From: Nemertoderma westbladi
Taxonomy: Eukaryota > Animalia > Xenacoelomorpha
Reading direction: 5' to 3'
DNA length: 64,000 bases
NCBI GenBank assembly: GCA_032718475.1
Contig: JAUCBJ010007452.1
Location: 32,079-96,078 of the forward strand
Both the position numbers and the translations under genes were made by a program. Shown here piece by piece: positions 37,285 through 47,346 of the stretch (position 1 is the first letter of the stretch; every line of letters begins with the position of its first letter). The notes under the pieces were generated by a model. The model was not told the origin of the DNA, did not search any database, and saw nothing but the letters and a program-made list of their open reading frames with translations.

Positions 37285-37680
37285 TAGACAGTCTGGTGAA
37301 GCGTCCGGTGAACAGTCTGGTGAGACGTCTGGTGAGACATAGCGCGGAACTTCCAGCGAAATGTCCTGTCATCGGTCCCAAGGTCTGTCTGGCGTAACTT
37401 CTGTCAGAAAGTCTGGTCCAAAGTCTGGTGGACAGTCTGTCGAGATGTCTGGTGGAAAGTCTGGTGAGACGTCCGGTAGACAATCTGTCGAGAGTTCCAT
37501 AAAACAATCTGGCGAACAATCCGGAGAACAATCTGGTGTCGCTTCTGGTGAATAATCTGGCGAATAATCTGGTGAACAATCCGGCGTAACGTCTGGTGAA
37601 ATCTCCCGCGGAACATCCGGCGAAAGATTCGTACAAGCGTCTGGTCGAGTGTCTGGTGAGACGTCTGGCGTAATGTCAGG
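37285..37680 (-). repeat. 12-bp coding repeat (PDxS)n between RNase H and integrase of C
   Basis: tctggtgaNacN units encode SPDCSPDYSPE... Confidence 0.85.
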
Positions 37681-40600
37681 TCTGGCGTCCAGGTCATCAG
37701 ATTTCGTCCGTCCTTGTTTCCTCTTGACCTTGGCGTTGGCTTTCGCTTTGGACTTGACAACCTTGTCGATTTTTATCTCGGCACCTTCTGGTATGGTGTT
37801 GGTTGTCGCGTCGAATAACGGTGGCCATTCGTCTGATGGTCGCTGTAGGAAATCGGGTCCTCTAAACCAAAAGGATTTATTGTCCGGTTTACAAAAGTCA
37901 AGCGGTTGCATCCCCCGTGACGCGATGTCAGCTGGGTTCAGCTTCCCTGGACAGTGACGCCAATCTTGTTTGAGCGACCGGTCTAGTATTTCAGCCCGTC
38001 TGTTGGCTACGAAAGTCTTGAACTCAAACGCTTTGTTGTTTATGTACCAAAGTACCAACGTCGCATCCGTCCAATATGTGACCTTCAAGTTAGCCTCCAG
38101 CTCGCGTTGAACTAGACTGACAATATCGGTGGATATCGTCCCGGCTTGCAGCTCTCCACGAGGTACAGTCATATACTTCAATGGCATTGTTCTAGCCTTT
38201 GAAGTAACGAGAGACACATCGTAGCTGTCCGATGTCACTTGTCGTCTAAGGTATAAAGTAACCCCCAATCCATCCTTGCTAGCGTCACTAAAGCTGTGAA
38301 GCTCTAATTCAGCAGGAAAGGTGGTTTGCAAAGGAAAGTATACCCTCGGTATGGTATAGTCTTGTATGAACGTCAGTTGGGCTTCCCAGTCCCTCCATCG
38401 CTCAGCTAACTTTTCTGGGATGGGATCGTCCCATTCCAGTCCGGCTTGCCAAATGCTGCGGAGTATGATCCTAGCATGTAGGATCACTGGACTAATGAAA
38501 CACAATGGGTCATACAATCGACTCATGGTCGATAAGCAAGTCCTCTTTGTGAGAGGTCTAGTCTGGTCGTTGGACCTTACACGTACCCTAAAATTGTCGG
38601 TGTTAGGGTCCCAACTAAGTCCTAATACTTTGGTCGTCGGTAGAGGTTCTAGGTCTAAGTCTAAGTCACCTCCACTGCGATCCATCGGGTCAAATGAGTT
38701 TACCAGTTCGGGTTCGTTGGAAGCGACCTTCGTCAGGTGAAATCCGCCCTCAGCGAGACAATCCTGGAGTTGGTGTGCTGCGGTTGTAGCGCGCTCCAAG
38801 GTGTCACAACTCTTGAGGCCGTCATCCACGTATAAATCTCGTTCCACTGTCCGAACTACTTCTGGGTCAAACTGGTCTTGTCTGTCCAATGCGGTCTGCT
38901 TTAAGGCGTACATGGTGCAGTTGGGGCTGTCCCTGGCTCCGAATACTCTTACCTGCATTTGGTAAGTTTCTGGCGGAAGTTCTAAGTTTCCGTCCGGATA
39001 CCAAAGAAACCTCAAGCTGTCCCTGTCCCGCTCCAAAGCCTTAACCTGGTGAAACATGGCCTCTACGTCACAGGTGAAAGCCACTTTGCGTTGTCTAAAA
39101 CGCATTAGGACTCCCATGCGGTAATTGTTCATATTCGGCCCGTCCATCAGTTCGCTGTTCATAGACATCCCTTGGTAAAGCGCGGCGCAGTCGTTGACTA
39201 CACGCACCTTGCCAGGTTTGTCCGGGTGTCGAACAAAATGATGTGGCAGGTAATATGTCTGATCTGTGGTTACCTCGGGATTTAACATCCTAATGGCGTA
39301 TCCCTTTTGGAGATACGTCTGAGGTTGTGCATTGTATTGCATATGGGCTGTCTCGTCTCGCAACAATCGCTGCCTTATTGATTTGAGTCGCCTCAAAGCA
39401 AGCGGGTAATTGTTAACGAGCTTAGGTTGTCCATTGCGCCACAACATACCAACCTCATAGTGGCCATTCGCGGTCTGGCGAATGGTATCTCTCATAATAT
39501 TTAATGACCGTTTTTCCTGTTCTGACATAGCGGTCTCGTAACTACCGGGTTCTGCTGAGTCCTGTTCCAACCATTGAATGGTCCGTTCAGTCAGCAGTCG
39601 GTCAAGCGCTGCTTGCACTGCGCCATGGTCCTCGTCCACGTCTTCGTCCGCTGCGGTGGCTAGTGTCAATGCGTCTGGTAGGCTCGCAAGCCTTCCGGTG
39701 TCACTAGTCGGCGTCGAATCGTCGTGCGGCGGTTTGACAACTTCTTGATCTATCGGTAGGCTCGCAAGCCTTCCAAGATCAACGACCGGTGTCGACGCCT
39801 GGTGGGTGGGGTCGATGACCTTTGGATTTTTCGGTAGGCTCGCAAGCCTTCCAAAATCCTCGTTCATCGAGTCATCCACAGCAACAACCCTTTGGTCTTC
39901 GGTAGTCAATACAACCTGGTTTACTGCAAGTAGTTGTAAGTCAGAGGTCCGTGTGGTCATGTCCAGATCAGTTACGTCAGTAGCGGTGGCGTCTGCGTTA
40001 GCGACGCAAGTCTGTCGTAGTGCCGTCCGTACAATTGGACCACGGGAGTGTGAAGGAGAGTTATCTATCATAGTAGTCAATAAACTACACGTACTCAGAA
40101 CATCGTCCTCCTGGTCACTTACCTCTAGTGAACGTATTGGTGCTCTAGTATACCAACCTATGGGAGTTCTACATGCGTAGGGGTTGCCCGCTGTAATAAC
40201 AGATGGGCGTGTCTCCCATACCTGATGTAAGTTAAACTGGTCTGTCCCAATTAACATCGCAATGGAACGATAATTAACAGGACATTCCGGTATTCCAAGG
40301 TGTCGGAAATACTTACGATCTTCCGGTGATTGCTCTGGCACAGGGCCGAGCAAGTTACTAAAGTCCTTCGTAGCTGCAAAGGTCAAATTTCTTACCGGAA
40401 GTAATGAGCGCTCCTCCTTGCTGTGTTCCGCTTTGGAAAGAAGGGTGTCTAAGGTTAGTTTTACTCTTGTCAGAGGGATCGCTCTCTTACCATGCATGCT
40501 GCTTACAGTATACTGAGCAGTCTTACCTTGACTCATGTCCGTAACCACATCGGCTACTTGTTCGTCGACATAACTATGCGATGACGCAGAGTCTAAGATG

Positions 40601-42021
40601 GCGTATATACGCTTGCTCCCTCGGGTTCCGGTAATCTTTATAGGAATCACGCTAAACCCTTTCAATTGGTTCTGTCTGAGGAGCGTTATCGATGGCTGTT
40701 CCTCACCCGCATGCACGTAAAAAGTGTCGTCTTCCTCCTCGTCCTCGTCCGATGATCCTGACTGATCCATACAGTCTGCATAAAAGGTACGGATCTCGCG
40801 CGGCGCACGCTCCTTATAAAGCGAGTCGCATCTAGCCGCTTTATCTGGATGCTCTCGTCGAAAGCGTTTGGTCGGAGTATGACTGGTTGTGTGGAGCAAC
40901 GCGTCATGGTTACGTCCACACTGAGGACATGTATCGTCGCTCGGGCAATCCTTCCGGACGTGTCCTGGCTTCATACATCTCCAGCAGGAATCTAACGATC
41001 GAATTTGGAGTCTCCTTTCTTCAATCCCTAACTCCTTAAAAGCGCGACATCCATGAAGTTTATGTCCGCTATGGTTTCTGCCGTTCCGCTCGCAGTATGA
41101 GCATCCCGCAAAGTCCGCCGGCAACTGTTGTCGTGGCTGCGTGGTGCCGATAGGCGTCAGAACTTTAGAAGTTTCAGTAGGGGTGGCGTAGGTAACGGCT
41201 TTCGCGTTCGTCGGAAACGGTTTAGTCCGATTCGGCGCAGAAATAGCTATCCCTTCCGCCGCGATATGGTGATCGGTATAGTTCGATCGAGTCTCGATCA
41301 CGGCCTCCCGTGAAATCAGTTGATAGACGTCGGTGAGTTTTAAAAGCCCGCCGGCCTCTTCACCCTGGTACTCGATGCGTCGCCATTCTTGTCGTAGTCG
41401 ATGATGAAGTCGACCGATTATCCTGATGAGAACCGTCGGTGCGTTAGCGTACTCGAGTTGTCCAATGGACCGTAAAGTCCCTATAGCGTTCTTGATTTCG
41501 TCCGCGAGTCGTAGAAGATCGATCGGTTTCGAAATGCTGCCTCCTTTACAGAGGTCTTCGATAATGGATTTAGCCATGGCGACGTTACCTCCGTAAATCG
41601 AATATAAACGGTCGTACGCTAACTCAAAGGCATCGGGAACACCAATGAAGGTTTCCGCTAATCGTTTCGGCTCACCAGACAGGACTAGGAGCAAGTAATT
41701 AAACTTCTCCGTCGAGGTGAAAGCACACTTAGCGATCTGGGACTCTACGTAGTCTACCAATGTACGCCAGTGTTTCGCGTTGCCAGAGAACTTCGGCGGT
41801 TGCTGTGCCGGTAATCCGTGTCTAGCCGCGAATTTCGCAATCTCGCTAACCAAATCCAACTGTCCGCGTCCCTGTTCGGTGGCGTCGTCCAGTCGCTCCC
41901 TTCCGCGCGTTGTTCGTCGGTAGGAATTATTTACGGGATCTTCTTCTCGATGTGTCGGAGTCTGTCTAGTCTCCTGTTCTCTCCTTGGTGGTCGATGTTG
42001 TTCAGGTTGTTCTAACTCCAC
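37369..42021 (-). CDS. Element C Gag-PR-RT-RNase H polyprotein (1550 aa)
   Basis: PPKFSGNAKHW; knuckles CSYC..H..C, CWRCMKPGHVRKDC, CPQCGRNHDALLH; AILDSASS; TCDVEAMFHQV; LYVDDG; FSDASK; WTDA; NPADIASRG. Confidence 0.95.
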   Translation of the reverse strand: MELEQPEQHRPPRREQETRQTPTHREEDPVNNSYRRTTRGRERLDDATEQGRGQLDLVSEIAKFAARHGLPAQQPPKFSGNAKHWRTLVDYVESQIAKCAFTSTEKFNYLLLVLSGEPKRLAETFIGVPDAFELAYDRLYSIYGGNVAMAKSIIEDLCKGGSISKPIDLLRLADEIKNAIGTLRSIGQLEYANAPTVLIRIIGRLHHRLRQEWRRIEYQGEEAGGLLKLTDVYQLISREAVIETRSNYTDHHIAAEGIAISAPNRTKPFPTNAKAVTYATPTETSKVLTPIGTTQPRQQLPADFAGCSYCERNGRNHSGHKLHGCRAFKELGIEERRLQIRSLDSCWRCMKPGHVRKDCPSDDTCPQCGRNHDALLHTTSHTPTKRFRREHPDKAARCDSLYKERAPREIRTFYADCMDQSGSSDEDEEEDDTFYVHAGEEQPSITLLRQNQLKGFSVIPIKITGTRGSKRIYAILDSASSHSYVDEQVADVVTDMSQGKTAQYTVSSMHGKRAIPLTRVKLTLDTLLSKAEHSKEERSLLPVRNLTFAATKDFSNLLGPVPEQSPEDRKYFRHLGIPECPVNYRSIAMLIGTDQFNLHQVWETRPSVITAGNPYACRTPIGWYTRAPIRSLEVSDQEDDVLSTCSLLTTMIDNSPSHSRGPIVRTALRQTCVANADATATDVTDLDMTTRTSDLQLLAVNQVVLTTEDQRVVAVDDSMNEDFGRLASLPKNPKVIDPTHQASTPVVDLGRLASLPIDQEVVKPPHDDSTPTSDTGRLASLPDALTLATAADEDVDEDHGAVQAALDRLLTERTIQWLEQDSAEPGSYETAMSEQEKRSLNIMRDTIRQTANGHYEVGMLWRNGQPKLVNNYPLALRRLKSIRQRLLRDETAHMQYNAQPQTYLQKGYAIRMLNPEVTTDQTYYLPHHFVRHPDKPGKVRVVNDCAALYQGMSMNSELMDGPNMNNYRMGVLMRFRQRKVAFTCDVEAMFHQVKALERDRDSLRFLWYPDGNLELPPETYQMQVRVFGARDSPNCTMYALKQTALDRQDQFDPEVVRTVERDLYVDDGLKSCDTLERATTAAHQLQDCLAEGGFHLTKVASNEPELVNSFDPMDRSGGDLDLDLEPLPTTKVLGLSWDPNTDNFRVRVRSNDQTRPLTKRTCLSTMSRLYDPLCFISPVILHARIILRSIWQAGLEWDDPIPEKLAERWRDWEAQLTFIQDYTIPRVYFPLQTTFPAELELHSFSDASKDGLGVTLYLRRQVTSDSYDVSLVTSKARTMPLKYMTVPRGELQAGTISTDIVSLVQRELEANLKVTYWTDATLVLWYINNKAFEFKTFVANRRAEILDRSLKQDWRHCPGKLNPADIASRGMQPLDFCKPDNKSFWFRGPDFLQRPSDEWPPLFDATTNTIPEGAEIKIDKVVKSKAKANAKVKRKQGRTKSDDLDARPDITPDVSPDTRPDACTNLSPDVPREISPDVTPDCSPDYSPDYSPEATPDCSPDCSPDCFMELSTDCLPDVSPDFPPDISTDCPPDFGPDFLTEVTPDRPWDR

Positions 42022-42093
42022 GCTGGTTCGTGATCGATCCGACGGTTGCGCTTCGAGTCGCTCTTCTATCTGAGCTAGTCGGTCCGTTACAGG

Positions 42094-44167
42094 TCAAATT
42101 ATTTCGGCGAGTCTGTTGGTCCTGATCGCTTCCGCTGGTTGCAACGTGGGTTTCTGTTGGGGTGTTTCTCGAGGTGGATTGTCGATGTATGGATTCGTCG
42201 ATCTCTCCTCCCGTTTGTAATCCACTGCCGCTGCCGCTCCAGTACGGAATATTTCCCGTTCCGTCGACTCCGAGTCGCTAGATGAGTCGCTGTCGTCCGG
42301 ATAAGGTGGTTGGCGGGTTCGCATCCGGCGTATTATTCTTGGTCGAGTTCGTTGTGGTCTGGGATCTATGGCTCTCCATTGTTCGGCAGGCTCGCAAGCC
42401 TTCCACGAAGTCGTAGGTCTCGTTGAACTCGGTTCGATCCTGTGGGTACTACCCACATCCATCCTCTTCCGTTGTTCGGTAGGCTCGCAAGCCTTCCACG
42501 AAGTCGTAGGTCTCGATAAACATTGGGTGAGAGGTCTTGTAAAAACATCGGAGTTAAGTGCTACTGTAGGTTTATAAATGACTGGGTTCGGGCAGCACGT
42601 CACAGGTTTAACTTGTAATGGTTTACTCACCTGTTTTACTGTCATAAACGCAGGTTCGTCTCTCTCTACAAGTAAACTACGACTTACTGTAGGTGGACTA
42701 GTTATGTTACCTGCTAAAATTGGCGATGAAGTCGCCCTAGGTTGCGGTATTTCCGTCACAATAAACCTACTACCTTGCGTCGAGCGCACAGGCGTTATTT
42801 CCTTAGGTATCGTAACAAAGACCGGTTTTATCGGAGTCGTGGGTTTGAGCATAGGAATAACTTGGGGAAAACGTTTACAGTAATCCTCGACGAACTCCTC
42901 TCCTCGATCTATCGCTCCCACACTTCCTTCCTCGATTCGCTTCTGAATTCCGCGATATCGAGTTTCCATGCGATCCAGGGCAGACAAGTCGTGTCCAGCT
43001 CGAGACCTTATAGATCTATCTCTCGCATCGAGTTTGAGGTCCTCTTGCGCGTTCGCCGCCTTGCGCGATCTGCGATTTAGTTCGAACTGGAGCTGCATCT
43101 CCCTTTCGCGTTGATCTGCTTCCTTTTAGTGTACCGCTAACTCCGCTTCCTGTATAGCTAAACGAGCGTTTATTTGTCGCGCCTCTAACGTGGCACTAGC
43201 GTCGGATGCTGCTACATCCTTTCGCTACATCCTCTCTGCGCTGTTTTTCTCCTTCGATGGCGATCTGTGCCATCTGTCGTTGCGCTTCTTCCTCGACGAC
43301 TTGTTGTCGGCGTGCGACCTCCTGTTGTTGTCGAATAATTCCAGACGCTGTTCTACTAACGTTGCCAACGTCGCCAACGTCGCTCTGTACGCTAACGAAC
43401 GATCTATCCAGTGGTGGAATTTGGTAGGCTCGCGAGCCTTCCGTAGATAGAACTTCTGTCGTCCCTCTCGGTACAACTTCCGGTTCTTCGATCGGTACTC
43501 CGCATCTACGAAGAAAATTGGTGAGCGTCCCTAACCTCCCGTCCAGACAGTATAGTTCTTCTTCCTCTTCGGGTTGTAACAACGCGTCCGAAATTGACTC
43601 ACCTAACAGTTGGTCGAGTTGTTCTTGCTGAGTCGATCCTACAACCGACTTAAACTGAATGAGGCTTTCCCTCGCAATTACCAACTTATCGATTATCTTT
43701 ACCTGAGTAAAGTTGTCGCCACGCAACTCTGCAAGTTCGTGTAAACCTTTAAGTTTATCTATGGAAGCATGTACCCTACTTTCTATCCTTACCTGTAAGG
43801 CATAGAACTCGTATCTCGACATCGGGGCGGTTAACTCACGTAAAAGGCGAAAACCTTCTCCGAAGTTTTGAGTAATCTGGGCCATGTGTCCTCCTATACT
43901 CCTAATAACATTCTCCTGGCTTCCAGTCGAACTTACCATGTCCGGTTCCCGCGATCTGGTCTGCGGGACGGTAAGGAAATCTTCGATTCTGCCGTCGCCA
44001 CGCGTTGCGGCTTCTGGTATTTCCGTTCGGGGTACCGGCGACGCACGCGGTGTGACATCGGTAGAATCTCGGGTTCTCCTTCTCGGTTCGTCTACTGTCG
44101 ATCTGTCTGGGTCGCACGAGTCATAGTCGGTAGGGGGGTATCGAGTCGAATGGGGTGTGTCACTCAT
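42094..44167 (-). pseudogene. Element C Gag N-terminal region, broken by a small tandem duplication, a stop and a frameshift
   Basis: ORFs 43196-44167 and 42094-43098; duplicated aggatgtagc near 43205-43235 shifts the frame; coiled-coil E/R-rich segments. Confidence 0.75.
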
Positions 44168-45115
44168 GTCTTATTATATACGTCAAGTACGGGTAATAAA
44201 ATGTCAAAGTATCGGAATGTTGAAATGTCAAACTTACCTTGGTATATATAGTATATATATACCCTAACCGGTACAAATAAATCAACAAAGTCAGAATGTC
44301 GAAATGTCAAAATGTCGAAATGTCCAAATGTCAAACTTACCTTGATATATATATATATCATATATATACCCTAACCGGTACAAATAAACTAACAAAGTAT
44401 ATAATAAAATATGTAATAATCTAGCCTACCGGCTAAATTTGTACGAATAAATGAGATAACGGTATACGTTACCAAAATGTAGATCAACAAGTACAAATAA
44501 TAGGCAAAACAGCAACGTCTAACGGGAAAATAAGTACCAACAACACTACTAATAGACAGTGAAACCCACAAATTTTGAGTACTACTGTGCTTTCTTAAGT
44601 TTGAACGACACGAGTCGTAAAACTTACGTTCCTTTGACCTTCCAGTCGTGCAAATTCCCAAATACAAACCGGACGTGGGTCGTTCCGTTTTTCGGCGGCG
44701 CGGACGAATTTATTGTCTCCCAAACTTTGCGAAAAGCGGTCTAATCCTCGAAGCGGTCCAGAAATGAGTCCTTGAGTCCTGAAAAGTCGAAGGTTGGAGT
44801 TTTACTTCTACGCTACGAAAATTCTTCCTAGGTACCGATACAACTTGGTCTTTAAACCCTATGTACCTTTTCAAGTACCGAAAAGTAACACCGCACACAC
44901 ACGGCGTAAAACAAAATGCTACAAACTAACTATTAGCTAGTCAAATATTAAATACAAAACTACTAGCTACCCTAAAGCCTACTGAAGCAGGGGACGTTCT
45001 ACAAATTACTAAATTTACTAACCTTAATTTTTTAAATATCTCCTACTTACAATAGCTAACAGTATGTGAGAGACCTCACGGTTGGGATCAATACTATACA
45101 CTAATTTGTATAATA

Positions 45116-45125
45116 TATACCTCAC
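45116..45125 (-). promoter_or_regulatory. Non-tRNA primer-binding site of C (GTGAGGTATA), complementary to LTR segment 46431-46440
   Basis: No TGG; the 10 nt abutting the LTR exactly complement minus-strand TATACCTCAC in the LTR. Confidence 0.7.
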
Positions 45126-46945
45126 TGTTGTGTCCTCTACGGTAGGGACTACCCTACAGCCTACAAATCTACCAATACGAAGCTATAGAATATCTCTATC
45201 CGTAAAGTCCAGTAGCATACCGCTTACCAGATCCTAGTAACGATGTATCTTACTATGAGACTCTAGTAATGAAACGGGCTCGTACAGTATCTGACAACAA
45301 ATCCCAGTCCAGGATATCTAAACAAACAGATACAATACACAAACTACTACTGGCGAGGAGCAGAGCCTGGCGTCTATTCTATGTACGTGGGCGGGTCTAA
45401 TGCCTACGTACTAGACAAAAGGATACCTGTCCTCTAACCGGTATGGCAGATGTACAGTTACAGTAACAGACCAAACTCACGGGAAAACAATCCCCGCGCA
45501 GCGAATCCTAACTATTGCTGACAGTCCTAAATACAGTAACTTGCCGCGGTGTGATTTATATGGTTTATATACGAGCTAAGTGGGTTACAGACCTAGCGTT
45601 ACAATACTGATCTCAGTCCTTAATCAGTCTAAAGGGGGTCGTGCCTAATGTAACAATACTGTTGAGCAGAAAACAACAGTTTAATAACGAAAATGAAATA
45701 CTCCTTCTCATGCCGTAACTAAATATCTGATCCTAATTTTACAAATACCGAAAGTACGATAAATATACCTTGCCTAAAGTGATCTAAAGTACGCTATAAC
45801 TAGTAGGAACTCTAAGGGTAAATATGTTTTAGGGCGTGTGTGTGTGGGTGTGTTACAATAAAACAATTTTGGTGTATATCTTTTCACTAGGTTTTAGTGA
45901 TTTTCTGACCGAAATGATACCGTGCGCTAGCTACTAAAATGAACTAGTCGCGTTTTGTAGAACTTTATACTCACAAATGACGTCAAAGCTCTCTCCTTCC
46001 TATCCACAACTCAAGGGGCAACCACGGTGTTAGTAACTACACCCGTGATCGGCACTAATACCAGATTCTGGTTGTAAGATAAGAAATAGGGGTTAGTCGC
46101 TACCGTACGTTAGCTGATCTGGTATACAAATTTGATTCTAGAACTTTGTTGCCGCGGTAGTTAGCAGCAATACCTATCAGTACGTGGCAAGGCGCGGTAG
46201 GATATTAATAAAAACCTCCCTAGGCCAAGCGATGTGCCGGTAGCAGAAATACTCCTTGCCTGATCAAATAACTAACTTCAGGCAGGGGGGGGGGGGGGTA
46301 CTAATGTATGTTCTACAGAGCGAACCGGTACCAAACAGTCAGTACTACAAATCACTAAATTATGGAACATATGCTGTCCGTACCTAATATGTACTTGCGT
46401 ACTGACGAACGGCAATAGCTCGCAATACCTGTGAGGTATACAGGTAACCCGGGGATTTGCAGGACTGACAAAGGGGTTTCTGCCTAAATATAATTATTTG
46501 ATCCTAAATTTTGCGGCGTCCCAGGACGGCGTCACGCTTACCCTGATCTATAGGTCTTACGGCGGGCAAGGGCGTCGAACAAAGTCTTACCTTCCTCATA
46601 AAGCGGGCGCTGCATGGCAAGTGGAGTATTTCGAAGGGCGAAGGGGGTGCGCGGTCAAATCCAATGTGGGCGCTAGCGTGTTGTGGACATCTTTCCCCTG
46701 CATTGCTGACGGCCTAACGGTCTAGGCTGCCATCTTCCCGATGTTTGGCTGTCCCAAAGTTGGACCAAAAGAAAACATGTTCAGGAGTTTGCAGTGTATT
46801 TACAGTTTAGCAAAAGATTTATCAAACAGAATTACAATAGTTTCAACAAGAAACCAACAAAGTATAACGAAATGATTAGTGCAACTAGTGCAGCAAGTAA
46901 GCAAGTAGAAGTATGTGTGTGTGATAACCGAAGGCAAACCAGCCC

Positions 46946-47085
46946 TTTATATACTAAATCTGGGACATAGAATTCACTAGAACCTTCGAGAGTATTTGAT
47001 GGCCTCACATTGGAGCAATAAGATATTCCATGCCCTATGATTGGCCCAACTCATCGTTCGATACGTTGTACGCACCTCATTGGCT
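46946..47085 (-). promoter_or_regulatory. Probable Pol II promoter in the C 5' LTR (TATATAAA plus upstream CCAAT boxes)
   Basis: TATATAAA on minus at 46946-46953; attgg (CCAAT on minus) at ~47009, ~47040 and ~47079. Confidence 0.55.
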
Positions 47086-47132
47086 TACCAATCTGTACCA
47101 AATGAAAATAAATGGCCCCAAAATACAAATTT

Positions 47133-47202
47133 CCCGACCGGGATTCGAACTCGTAACCTATCTGTAATGTAACCAACGCCTTAACCATCTGACCACTACG
47201 CC
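47133..47202 (-). other. tRNA-derived Pol III module, copy in the C 5' LTR
   Basis: Same sequence as 32021-32090. Confidence 0.7.
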
Positions 47203-47346
47203 ACGAGAGTAACTAGAGGTTTTATGTATACAAATATGAATAGGCATATTACATTACTGTAACTTAATCAAAATGCGTCGGATTTTCGAGAGTTTTTACG
47301 TTAAAGTTAAACTACAAATGCTATCTTATAGTGAAATAATTCATCA

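Larger units (their letters stand above)
30015..47346 (-). mobile_element. BEL/Pao LTR retrotransposon C, near full-length, nested in gag of B
   Basis: 2.2-kb LTRs with about 7 differences by eye; TSD CTCGC at 30010-30014 and 47347-47351; complete domain set. Confidence 0.96.
45126..47346 (-). repeat. 5' LTR of element C (2221 bp)
   Basis: Direct repeat of 30015-32234, followed by TSD CTCGC. Confidence 0.96.
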
